From: a virus
Reading direction: 5' to 3' (one strand)
Virus record (IMG/VR): IMGVR_UViG_3300045988_037273
Length of the DNA: 33,217 nucleotides
The notes under the pieces are model-generated. The model was given only the letters and a program-made list of their open reading frames with translations. It was not told where the DNA came from and searched no databases. Positions 9,005 to 17,040 of the stretch are shown here, in pieces. Position 1 is the first letter of the stretch. Every line of letters begins with the position of its first letter. Both the position numbers and the translations under genes were made by a program.

Positions 9005-9976
9005 ATGAAATTTAGAAAACTTAGAATTATTCAAGCCGGGGTTACTACCAATTTCGGTACATACGAAGGCAAGGAATTTCCGTTAGTCATTACGGAGACC
9101 GCAGTTCAAAGCGTTGTAACGCTCGGCAACCTAAAGCCTATCCATTGCAGGCGCACCCATAACGGGACGGATATGCTGGACGGGTATTTAGGAAAATTCA
9201 CTAACTTCGTCTACGAAGACGGTGTAGCCTATGCCGATTTGGAATTATCCGAAGCCCTACAAGCTGCCTACCCATCGGAGGCAAAATTCATCTCCGAGAT
9301 GATAAAGAACGAACCTGATATGTTGGGCGTTTCGGTGGTGGGCGTAAACAATCAGACATTAAACGGTGATGTGCTGGACGTTACCAAATTCTTTGAATTG
9401 TATTCATGTGATTTGGTAGGGCTGCCAGCAGCCACCACAAGCTTATTTAATAATCAAAACGAAAAGAAGATGAACAAATTTTTTAGTTCTTTCGCAGAGC
9501 TATTCAAGAAGTCAAGCTTTGCGACAGAGACGGTAGAAACCGTAGACGGTGCGAGTATCACCATTGAAGCAGCAGGCGAAACAATGGCTATCGGCGACAA
9601 GGTTTTCGATAGCGAGGGCAATGCACACCCGGACGGCAAAGTAGAAGTGCAGGTTGAGGACGGTGTATTGGTTATCACCATTGCAAACGGTGTTATCGAA
9701 AGCGTAGAAGCTAAGGCAGAAGAAGAAGAAAAAGAAGAAAAAGAAGAGGTTGAAACCCCAGCCACCGCAGACGTACCCGAAGAGTTTGCAAACCGTATAG
9801 CAGCCTTGGAAACCTCGGTTACTGAACTCGCCGCAACACTGGAGGCTATGACGGCTCAATTTAACAGAGCGACAGCGAAACCCGGTGCCCCATCGGTTAA
9901 CATGCCGAAAAAGAAACAAACAAAATTGTCTAAAGAGGCTGTAGCAGAAGCAGCTAAAAGATTTTACAACAAATAA
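9005..9976 (+). CDS. prohead protease / scaffolding fusion protein
   Basis: N-terminal half has HK97-type S78-like features (THNGTDMLDGYLGKF ... DMLGVSVVGV). C-terminal half is acidic and coiled-coil (EEEEKEEKEE, ALETSVTELAATLEAM). Lies immediately upstream of the capsid gene. I moved the start from 8948 to 9005 because a promoter-like box sits inside the longer ORF. Confidence 0.5.
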   Translation: MKFRKLRIIQAGVTTNFGTYEGKEFPLVITETAVQSVVTLGNLKPIHCRRTHNGTDMLDGYLGKFTNFVYEDGVAYADLELSEALQAAYPSEAKFISEMIKNEPDMLGVSVVGVNNQTLNGDVLDVTKFFELYSCDLVGLPAATTSLFNNQNEKKMNKFFSSFAELFKKSSFATETVETVDGASITIEAAGETMAIGDKVFDSEGNAHPDGKVEVQVEDGVLVITIANGVIESVEAKAEEEEKEEKEEVETPATADVPEEFANRIAALETSVTELAATLEAMTAQFNRATAKPGAPSVNMPKKKQTKLSKEAVAEAAKRFYNK

Positions 9977-9992
9977 CTAAAAACAAAAGATT

Positions 9993-10943
9993 ATGGCTTT
10001 TACATTTACAGACCTTAACAAACTGAACCTCAACTCACTTAACGAGGTTATTTCCTTAACCGTCGGGCTGGCTGGTGAAATCTCACAAGGTATTACCGTT
10101 ATGAACGGTATTCCGAACGGTACGCCCGTTGTTTCCCTTACAGCAGCCGACAAGGCATTGCGTAAATCAGCAGGCTGTGGCAGTGAATATTTCTATAATA
10201 GCGTAACCAATAAGGTTAAGTATTACCAGCACGCACCTATCGAACTGCCTATTGAGATTTGCTTGCAAAGCTTGTGGGGTAAGATGGTCGCAAAGGGTAT
10301 CAACCTTGATGACAACTTCTCTGAAACCGAATTGGCTGGCTTTATCCAGTCCGAAGTATTGAAGGTATTGGAAGCTGACTTGCTTCGTTTGGCTTGGTTG
10401 GACGGTAACGTATCGGAAACAGCAACTGGTTACGGTATCTTCACTAACGGCGGTATCATCAAGCAGTACAAGGACAGCGCAATGACTGAAAAAGTATTGA
10501 CCCTCACCACTGACAGCGTTCTCACTGCATTGCGTGGTGCTATCGATGCACAACGCCCCGATACGCTGGATAACTCGGAATTCTTCGTTACGTCTAACGT
10601 TATGCGCTTGTACAAGAACTTGTTGCAGACACGTGATAACAGCGTAGCGCAGTCCGATATCGTAGACGGTCGCCCGGTGTATTACTTCGAGGGTTACAAG
10701 ATTAACGAATTGAGACACGTTTCTAACGCTGCAACGGCTGACGGTTTGGACACCGCGTTTATCGCGTTCACTCCGAAAGACAACATTCAGATTGCACTGG
10801 AAAGCGCCGGTACGGTTATCGCTCCGTTCATCCAGGACGCAAAGAGCCGTAACTACTACTCACAGACTTTGTTCGCGGCTGACGCCATGCTGGTAGCACC
10901 CGAGAAAATGCAGTTGTGGTTGACAGCGAAAGCAGCAGGATAA
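9993..10943 (+). CDS. major capsid protein
   Basis: 316 aa, directly downstream of the protease/scaffold gene. Has an A-rich strong-expression leader (AAAAACAAAAGATTATG) and is followed by a strong terminator. Confidence 0.7.
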   Translation: MAFTFTDLNKLNLNSLNEVISLTVGLAGEISQGITVMNGIPNGTPVVSLTAADKALRKSAGCGSEYFYNSVTNKVKYYQHAPIELPIEICLQSLWGKMVAKGINLDDNFSETELAGFIQSEVLKVLEADLLRLAWLDGNVSETATGYGIFTNGGIIKQYKDSAMTEKVLTLTTDSVLTALRGAIDAQRPDTLDNSEFFVTSNVMRLYKNLLQTRDNSVAQSDIVDGRPVYYFEGYKINELRHVSNAATADGLDTAFIAFTPKDNIQIALESAGTVIAPFIQDAKSRNYYSQTLFAADAMLVAPEKMQLWLTAKAAG

Positions 10944-10973
10944 ATAAATAAATAAATAAATCATTTACTAATT

Positions 10974-11010
10974 AAAGGGGTTGGGATATTAACCCAGCCC
11001 CCTTTTTATT
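10974..11010 (+). terminator. intrinsic terminator after the capsid gene
   Basis: AAAGGGGTTGGG / CCCAGCCCCCTTT stem, with one G-U pair and a bulge, followed by a T-run. Confidence 0.75.
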
Positions 11011-11019
11011 TCAAATAAT

Positions 11020-11553
11020 ATGGGAAGACAATGTTTAGCAAGGCTTAGTGGTAATATTACCGTAGCGTGTACGATTCCGCGGGTCGGCGTGAAAAACATA
11101 TATTTGGTACACGTCGAGGACGTTACAGGGATTACGTTCTCATCACTGAATACTTATGTTAACTCTATCACTTTTGCCCCCAGCGCTAAATCTATTTTGG
11201 TAGAGGGGTACAGGCAAAATATCCAGGTTACCGGGTCGCTCCGGGCTATGGACACTTCCGTAAAGCAGGACATTAGTGTAGTGTTTAAACTGCCGCGTAC
11301 CGGGTCTTATGTAGCGCAATCAAGGTCTCTTATTACAGGCAGGTTTTATGTCCTTGTAGAGGAGGCAAACGGCGAATATACATTTGTGGGCGCTGTCTCT
11401 CCTTTGGAGTGTTCGGGATTCGATTTTGATAGTAACGCCAACGCGGGTATGATAACAGTAACGTTAACCGCGCCCGAGGGTTCGACAGGGAATTATTTCA
11501 CTTATGCGGTCGCCGATGTAGTAGCCGCAATCAAATCAAAAGCAGGAGTTTAA
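11020..11553 (+). CDS. virion protein, paralog 1 of 3 (tail-tube-like?)
   Basis: 177 aa. Shares an N-terminal C-x3-(K/R)(L/I)...C pattern and central/C-terminal blocks with the next two ORFs. Confidence 0.35.
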   Translation: MGRQCLARLSGNITVACTIPRVGVKNIYLVHVEDVTGITFSSLNTYVNSITFAPSAKSILVEGYRQNIQVTGSLRAMDTSVKQDISVVFKLPRTGSYVAQSRSLITGRFYVLVEEANGEYTFVGAVSPLECSGFDFDSNANAGMITVTLTAPEGSTGNYFTYAVADVVAAIKSKAGV

Positions 11554-11555
11554 TT

Positions 11556-12098
11556 ATGGCATGTATTACAAAATTGGCAAACGCAATTGCCTATGATTGC
11601 GACAGTGGCACAACTGGTTTAGATAGCGCGATTATTATTAATAAAGCGGATATTGAGAGATATGTTCTCGACGCAAACGTAAAGGTAACGAGCTTGACTT
11701 TAGCCGCGGGCGCAAGTGCGTACAAGGTAGACACCGTAAAGCGCTCTACCACCGCTTCGGTGGCTTTAAAAATTAATGATGGCGCACCTAACGCATATAC
11801 TCATTCGGTTACGCTTACTATTATGGGCTTTATTGGGTCGGTGGACTATGCTAAGTTACTGGGCGCTCTTGCAAACGGTAGTTTTGTAGTGCTGGCGAAG
11901 CACCGAGGGGTCTCCCGAAATTGCGCCGTGTATGGCTTGTATTACGGGATGAGTGCTGTCTCTATAGACCGCGGTTCGCACGATAACGGGGGTTGGGTTG
12001 CCGTAAAACTTGAAACCCCCGAAAACGTTATTGGGGAGGACAGCCTATATATTGGGGATGCGGAATACGACGCCCTTTATGAGGCAGCAGTAGGGTAG
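11556..12098 (+). CDS. virion protein, paralog 2 of 3 (tail-tube-like?)
   Basis: 180 aa. The MACITKLANAIAYDC N-terminus matches the MACIGKIASSLAMMC of the next ORF. Confidence 0.35.
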   Translation: MACITKLANAIAYDCDSGTTGLDSAIIINKADIERYVLDANVKVTSLTLAAGASAYKVDTVKRSTTASVALKINDGAPNAYTHSVTLTIMGFIGSVDYAKLLGALANGSFVVLAKHRGVSRNCAVYGLYYGMSAVSIDRGSHDNGGWVAVKLETPENVIGEDSLYIGDAEYDALYEAAVG

Positions 12099-12129
12099 TA
12101 ATTAACTAAAAAAGAAAGGAAAAAATAAT

Positions 12130-12702
12130 ATGGCATGTATTGGAAAAATTGCGTCCAGCCTGGCTATGATGTGCGGCTCTCCCGCTTGGTCAGACTTAGG
12201 CAGACCCGTATCGGCAAAGGTTCTAAATGCTTCGGATATTGCGAGCTACACGGTTTCTCCCACAGGCTCTGCCACCATAACGAGGGTACCTGGGGCGCAG
12301 GGCTGGGACATGACAACCACTAACAACTCCCTGGTTGTTACGGTCGGCTTGAAGTCGCAGGACATTATGCCGGGCGCGTATGATGTAGCAATTACGTTTA
12401 AATCATTTTCGGGTACGCCCTCTCTGGTGAGTAACCCCACGCCTATGGGCGTTGTCGGTATCCTGGAGAGAGCGGAGCTTGTTTTTGCTGTAGACCACGG
12501 CGATGCGATACGCGTCTATGGTTTGGGTTTGCCCCTGGTTTGTACCGAGATTTCCGGTGATTCAAGCGCGAACGAACGCGCAACATACACGTTTGGCGTT
12601 GAAGATTGGCAAGTAGGTACTACTATCCACTATTTGACACGGGAATCGTACAAAGCGTTGAGTACACCAGAACCAGAACCAGCACCAGCACCAGGAACAT
12701 AA
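12130..12702 (+). CDS. virion protein, paralog 3 of 3, with a Pro-rich C-terminal tail
   Basis: 190 aa. N-terminus is paralogous to 11556..12098. Ends in PEPEPAPAPGT, encoded by a 6-nt CCAGNA tandem. Confidence 0.35.
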   Translation: MACIGKIASSLAMMCGSPAWSDLGRPVSAKVLNASDIASYTVSPTGSATITRVPGAQGWDMTTTNNSLVVTVGLKSQDIMPGAYDVAITFKSFSGTPSLVSNPTPMGVVGILERAELVFAVDHGDAIRVYGLGLPLVCTEISGDSSANERATYTFGVEDWQVGTTIHYLTRESYKALSTPEPEPAPAPGT

Positions 12703-12717
12703 TAAATCAAAAAGAAA

Positions 12718-13074
12718 ATGGCAGAAAAATTAACTAATACTACGGAGCAGGGCAAAAGCACTGCACCCGTTGTTGTTGAACCGAAGGTTGCAACATTACA
12801 GGAGAAGTTGGACGCGTATTTTGCGATGACAGGTCTAAAACTTGACCCGAATTGCCACATGGATATGGAATATTTATCTTTGTGGTACGAAACGAAGTAT
12901 CTGACAAAGGTAGTTTACAGATGGGCGATGAAACCCGGGGCGCGTATCGTGCATTACGTGGACGGCGTTATCTATAAGAGTGCGAACATGACTGACAAAA
13001 TCGCGGAACGCCTTATGAATGAAAACCCTGCTTATGCGGAATGCTTCGTAGAAATCAATAAAGAGGAGGTTTAA
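12718..13074 (+). CDS. hypothetical protein
   Basis: 118-aa ORF with an A-rich leader. Confidence 0.7.
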   Translation: MAEKLTNTTEQGKSTAPVVVEPKVATLQEKLDAYFAMTGLKLDPNCHMDMEYLSLWYETKYLTKVVYRWAMKPGARIVHYVDGVIYKSANMTDKIAERLMNENPAYAECFVEINKEEV

Positions 13075-13076
13075 AA

Positions 13077-14237
13077 ATGATAGGTTACAGACGTTTCGCG
13101 CTTGTTGTCGAAAAGGCGCTTAAGTTGTCCGCTAATACGGGCGATAAGATTATTAACTACGGAGATGGCAACTTATATCCGCAGGAAATAGCCGAGCTAA
13201 TATACGCTTCAAAGACAGCCACAGCCGCAGTTGAGAAAATGACCGAGAACATTATCTGCGAGGGGTTCAAAAACAAGGACTTCGCTGCGATAACAAACGG
13301 GAACGGCTGTAACATGGACGACGTTTTAGAGGCTACGGCAAACGATGTCGCACGTTTTAGGGGCTGGGCTTGGATAGTACAGTATGGGCTGACACCCGAA
13401 GGCTACAAGCCCCGAAACGTGTATAACGTTCCGTTTGAATATGTCCGTGCCGAGATGAACGACAACTATTTGAAAGACCCGGCGATAAAGAGATGGCGCG
13501 TTTTCAATAACTGGGACAGACAGAACGTCAAGGCAACAAGCAGCGCGCAGAACTCCACGGTATACCCGACATATGACCCGGAAAACTTCGCTTCAGAGGT
13601 TGAGGAATGCGGCGGTATCGAGAACCACAAAGGGCAACTATTATACGTGAACCTTGGTACAACGCGCCCGTATCCCCTTAGCACGTTCCATTCGGTACGT
13701 AACGAGATGGGCGCAGAGGACAAGAACGGCAAGTATGTTAACCGTACTTTGGGCAGGGGCTTCCACATGTGTAGTATCGTGTCGCACGGTGATTTCGAGA
13801 CCGAGCAGGCACAGCAGGAGTTCAGAGATACATTAGCCGATATGATGGGTAGCGAGAACGCCGGCTCCGTGCTTACTGTAAGAGACGAGAACGTAGCCAC
13901 GGACAAACCATTTATCCGGGTTGACCAGTTGGGCAGCCCGATAGATAGGGAGCTGTACAAGGCTTATGTGGAACCCCTTAGAAAGGATATCGCGATAGCG
14001 GCATATAACATTCCGTTACCCCTTATTGACAGTTCGCTGATGACCTACTCAAACGCTTCGGGCGAGGTTATAAAGGAGCTGCAAAAGGTCTATCGCAATA
14101 GCTTGCAAAAGATACGCCAGCGCATCTCGCGCGAGTTGTACCAAGTGTTCGGGGTTGACCCGTCAATAACAGAAATTAATAATAAATTTGAGGAAGAAGA
14201 TGGCATACCCGATAGCGTTGTTCCGCCAGTTGTTTGA
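13077..14237 (+). CDS. portal-like protein
   Basis: 386 aa. The N-terminal segment YGDGNLYPQEIAELIYASKTATAAVEKMTENIICEGF resembles conserved portal N-terminal blocks. Its position is unusual, far from terL. Confidence 0.5.
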   Translation: MIGYRRFALVVEKALKLSANTGDKIINYGDGNLYPQEIAELIYASKTATAAVEKMTENIICEGFKNKDFAAITNGNGCNMDDVLEATANDVARFRGWAWIVQYGLTPEGYKPRNVYNVPFEYVRAEMNDNYLKDPAIKRWRVFNNWDRQNVKATSSAQNSTVYPTYDPENFASEVEECGGIENHKGQLLYVNLGTTRPYPLSTFHSVRNEMGAEDKNGKYVNRTLGRGFHMCSIVSHGDFETEQAQQEFRDTLADMMGSENAGSVLTVRDENVATDKPFIRVDQLGSPIDRELYKAYVEPLRKDIAIAAYNIPLPLIDSSLMTYSNASGEVIKELQKVYRNSLQKIRQRISRELYQVFGVDPSITEINNKFEEEDGIPDSVVPPVV

Positions 14238-14631
14238 GATAGCGACGGACGTTAAAGACAACAAAATAGAAAAAGCATTCTTTGAGGCAGACCTACTCGA
14301 TATATTGCCGCAGATTGACAGCATGTATGAGGCTGTTCCGGGGCAATATATCCCGGACGGGTCTAACTTCGCAGGACTTGAAAAGGTTATTTGCTACTAC
14401 GCGTTCGCGCGGTATTTGCAGATAGCAGACCAAAACAGTACGAGCACGGGCATGAAGATTCAGACCTATGGCGGCTCGGTAGTCGTTCCAGATACAAGCA
14501 AGGTTAAAAGGTTTGAAGCCGAACGGGGCAAAGCAGACCTTTTCATAGAACCGTTGATTTGCCGAATGAAGGCGGACGGGTTTATAAAGACATGTACAGT
14601 ATCGAACACCCGTATAGGGTTAGTCAAGTGA
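14200..14631 (+). CDS. hypothetical protein (virion completion?)
   Basis: The ORF-track start at 14188 is a TTG. The first ATG is at 14200. Confidence 0.65.
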   Translation: MAYPIALFRQLFEIATDVKDNKIEKAFFEADLLDILPQIDSMYEAVPGQYIPDGSNFAGLEKVICYYAFARYLQIADQNSTSTGMKIQTYGGSVVVPDTSKVKRFEAERGKADLFIEPLICRMKADGFIKTCTVSNTRIGLVK

Positions 14632-15107
14632 TAGAACAATTAGAGACCTATTTCCGCACGTTTTTTGCTGTGACCGTTCTGGCAGTAGTTACGGGCATAC
14701 GGGACTTTATATTTTTAGTAATTATCGTTACCGCGTTGGACTGGCTGGTAGGTTATTTGGCAGACCGGGCGAAAAGAAAGCCCTACAAGCACAAAAAGAC
14801 TATGCAGGCGGTTAAGGAGCTGTTTTTAACCAGTGCGATTCTTTTCTTTGTAGCACTAACATGTGATATGTTGGAGCCTGAGATAGATTATCAGCTTTTA
14901 GTTAAGGTACTCACGGGTATATTCCTTATTATATACGCGCGTAACATAACAAGAAACCTTAGGGTAGTACAGCCGGGAAATGAATTCGTGAAGGTGCTAA
15001 ACAGCATAGCGAATAGCAAGTATTTCCAGCTTAAGAGAAAGATTAGGGACGGCGAATTTGAAATACCCTTAGAAGAAAAGGAGAAAGAAGATGGCGAACA
15101 GCAGTAA
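14592..15107 (+). CDS. holin (Phage_holin_4-like multi-TM protein)
   Basis: Three or four hydrophobic helices and an LDWLVGYLA motif. Lies directly upstream of the endolysin and overlaps it. The start is uncertain: TTG 14559, ATG 14592, or GTG 14628, the last overlapping the upstream stop as GTGA. Confidence 0.6.
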   Translation: MYSIEHPYRVSQVIEQLETYFRTFFAVTVLAVVTGIRDFIFLVIIVTALDWLVGYLADRAKRKPYKHKKTMQAVKELFLTSAILFFVALTCDMLEPEIDYQLLVKVLTGIFLIIYARNITRNLRVVQPGNEFVKVLNSIANSKYFQLKRKIRDGEFEIPLEEKEKEDGEQQ

Positions 15108-15606
15108 ATTAGTACCGTTCATCCTACAGTGGGAAGGCGGTTTCGTTAACGACCCGGACGACCTGGGGGGTGCAACAAACAAAGGAATCACCATAGGCAC
15201 ATTCACCGAATACAAGAAGCGGAAGGGGCAAAAAGCCCCGACCGTTGACGACTTGAAAAACATATCCGATGCAGAATGGCACGATGTATTCAAGTCCCTG
15301 TACTGGGATAGGTGGAAAGCCGATGAGATTAAAAGCCAGTCGGTAGCCAATATCTTGGTTGATTGGGTTTGGGCTTCGGGTTCGCACGGTATAAAGCGCC
15401 CACAACGTCTTTTGGGCGTGAAGGCGGACGGTATCGTAGGCAAACAGACCATTGCAGCCGTTAACGCTATGGACGCGGCTACGCTCTTTAAAATGATTAA
15501 AGACGATAGAGCAAAGTTCATCGACGAGATATGCAAGGCGAGACCTAAAAACGAGAAATACCGCAAGGGGTGGATGAACCGTATTAATGCGATACGCTAT
15601 GAATAA
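15091..15606 (+). CDS. endolysin, GH108 N-acetylmuramidase with a PG_binding_3-like C-terminal domain
   Basis: ILQWEGGFVNDPDDLGGATNKGIT is the GH108 hallmark. The C-terminal part has GVKADGIVGKQTIAAVN. Confidence 0.9.
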   Translation: MANSSKLVPFILQWEGGFVNDPDDLGGATNKGITIGTFTEYKKRKGQKAPTVDDLKNISDAEWHDVFKSLYWDRWKADEIKSQSVANILVDWVWASGSHGIKRPQRLLGVKADGIVGKQTIAAVNAMDAATLFKMIKDDRAKFIDEICKARPKNEKYRKGWMNRINAIRYE

Positions 15607-16177
15607 ACTGCAAAAGATAATCATAGGCTTTGCAGTCCTTATGGTGCTGTTTGGTGCGGTAACCAAGATGGTAGACACCATAAGGAAGCAAAGAGCCGAA
15701 ATAGGACGTTTGGAGCGTAACGTTGAGGCGCTGAACGACGTGCAAATAGAGTACAAAACCAAGCTCGGAGACGCAGCAGTGAAGCGTAAGGCTTTAGAGA
15801 TGTCGCACAAGGAGCTAAAGAAAACGAACGCAGACCTATATAAAGAGGTGGACGCGCTTAACGTTCGGGTGAAAGACGCTTTATCCGCAACCCGTACCGT
15901 TACCAAGACCGTAATAAAGGAGGTAGTACGTACCGATACCGTAGCCGGGGAGCTTATAGCCGAATACCGGGACGCATGGAACACGATACAGGCAAGGGCT
16001 AAACGGGATAGCACGGAATTAAGCTACCAAGGCAGGGACACGATAACGGGTGTTATCACGGTCCGGAAGAAAAGATTCTTGTTTTTCAGATGGGGGGTCA
16101 AGGCTATAGAGCATGACATATCAAACAAAAACCCCAAATCAAAGATAGATATAGACATAGCTGTAAAGCTAAAATAA
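15587..16177 (+). CDS. i-spanin-like lysis accessory protein
   Basis: N-terminal TM helix (IIIGFAVLMVLFGAV) followed by a coiled-coil. It is the last gene of the lysis cassette. An alternative ATG lies at 15599. Confidence 0.45.
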   Translation: MRYAMNKLQKIIIGFAVLMVLFGAVTKMVDTIRKQRAEIGRLERNVEALNDVQIEYKTKLGDAAVKRKALEMSHKELKKTNADLYKEVDALNVRVKDALSATRTVTKTVIKEVVRTDTVAGELIAEYRDAWNTIQARAKRDSTELSYQGRDTITGVITVRKKRFLFFRWGVKAIEHDISNKNPKSKIDIDIAVKLK

Positions 16178-16182
16178 TCAGG

Positions 16183-16217
16183 AAATGGAGGGCTGTTAAC
16201 AGTTCTCCATTTTTTGT
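16183..16217 (+). terminator. intrinsic terminator ending the late module
   Basis: AAATGGAG / CTCCATTT stem enclosing the CTGTTAACAG palindrome, followed by TTTTTT. Confidence 0.8.
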
Positions 16218-16230
16218 TAACATTCTTTAG

Positions 16231-16497
16231 ACACAGCCTGCACAGTAGAAAAGTAGGTCTGTGCAGGTCTCTGTGCAGTCCTACTATCTATATATCAACT
16301 ACTTATATATAATTGCACAGTAAACACAGTAAAAAGGGGTTAAAACATTATTCTGGAGAAAATACCATTTACCACTATAGAACGGACTGTAAAAACCGCT
16401 ATATTCTATATTAAAGTTTAGAAATTTAGGTGTGTGTCTGTGCTGTGCAGGATAAGACACTGATAAATAGCACTTTAGCTCGCACGCACTGTTCATT
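16231..16497. repeat. structured non-coding element, copy A (TGCACAG/CTGTGCA dyads)
   Basis: Aligns by eye with 32785-33042. Shared blocks: CACAGC(C)TGCACAGTA, CTGTGCAGGT, CTGTGCAGTC, CACAGTAAAAAG-GGGT-AAAACATTATT, TTCTATATTAAAGTTTAGAAA, GTCTGTG-CTGTGCAGG and GCACG-A-TGTTCA. Confidence 0.85.
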
Positions 16498-16541
16498 TAC
16501 ATCTTTTCACTTTTGATTAAGGTTTATTAGCACAAAAAGAG

Positions 16542-16587
16542 ATACAACCTACCATTATTTGCCGTATATTTGCAATGTCAAAAGGAA
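16542..16587 (+). promoter_or_regulatory. class II promoter cassette (-7 box TATATTTG at 16565-16572)
   Basis: ATACAACCTA...TTATTTGCCGTATATTTGCAATGTCAAAAGGAAA is nearly identical to 25987-26033. Confidence 0.6.
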
Positions 16588-16771
16588 ACAAGGCTGTTAT
16601 TTACCGAAACTAATAACACGATACCCGAAAGGGAAGGTTTGAAAAGTGAAAGGGATTCAAACGCCGAATAGTTTTTTAAAAAGAAAAGAGGTCACCAGGA
16701 CATTAAACTGGAAATAACCGTGAACAAGTAAGAACGTAGATTTGTTATTAACGTATAAAACGAAGCGAAGT

Positions 16772-16996
16772 ATGAAAGCAATTGATTTAATTTTCAGAGA
16801 AACAATGACCGAGGGTCAATTCGAGATGAAGAGCCACGTATTAGTATTTATAGACGAGGCAGGCAACGGGTATGGCGATACCTTTTCAGAGGTACACCAT
16901 AACGGGAGATTTGAAGCATACCAATACAACGGTATGGGGTATGGGTACATGCAGGTCCTTATGGAAGCTATTTTCTTAAATAAGGTTAACAAGTGA
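16772..16996 (+). CDS. hypothetical early protein
   Basis: The ORF-track start at 16742 is a TTG. The first ATG is at 16772 (74 aa). Confidence 0.6.
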   Translation: MKAIDLIFRETMTEGQFEMKSHVLVFIDEAGNGYGDTFSEVHHNGRFEAYQYNGMGYGYMQVLMEAIFLNKVNK

Positions 16997-17040
16997 ACCG
17001 ACGTATTTGCAAAAGCGTTATATTTGCATCAACAATTTAA
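16985..17040 (+). promoter_or_regulatory. class I promoter cassette (GTTAAC 16985-16990; -7 box TATATTTG 17019-17026)
   Basis: GCGTTATATTTGCATCAACAATTTAAAAA is shared with the cassettes at 19142 and 30099. Confidence 0.65.

Noticed and set aside
10941-10960. (TAAA)5 microsatellite immediately after the capsid gene
   Set aside because: It is real, but probably just an AT-rich spacer that supplies stop codons in all three frames before the terminator. There is no evidence of phase variation because it lies outside coding sequence.
12135-12323. 62-aa alternative-frame + strand ORF inside paralog 3
   Set aside because: It is fully nested out of frame within 12130..12702, whose N-terminus is clearly paralogous to the preceding gene.
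15124-16014. 296-aa ORF on the minus strand
   Set aside because: It is antisense to the well-supported GH108 endolysin and spanin-like genes. Its Ser/Thr/Arg/Leu-rich low-complexity composition is typical of an antisense frame, and it has no promoter or start context.
16231-16452. Possible CRISPR-like array built from the recurring CTGTGCAG units
   Set aside because: The units are only 7-10 nt long, occur in both orientations with irregular spacing, and have no cas genes nearby. This is inconsistent with a CRISPR repeat-spacer array.
16299-16496. 65-aa minus-strand ORF inside repeat element A
   Set aside because: The homologous element B has no equivalent ORF, and the two copies differ by frame-breaking indels. 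The conservation is therefore at the nucleotide or structure level.
16640-16665. GGGATTCAAACGCC as a possible tRNA T-arm
   Set aside because: There is no matching acceptor stem, D-arm or anticodon arm around it, and it does not fit the GTTCRANYC T-loop consensus. I recognised no tRNA anywhere in the window.
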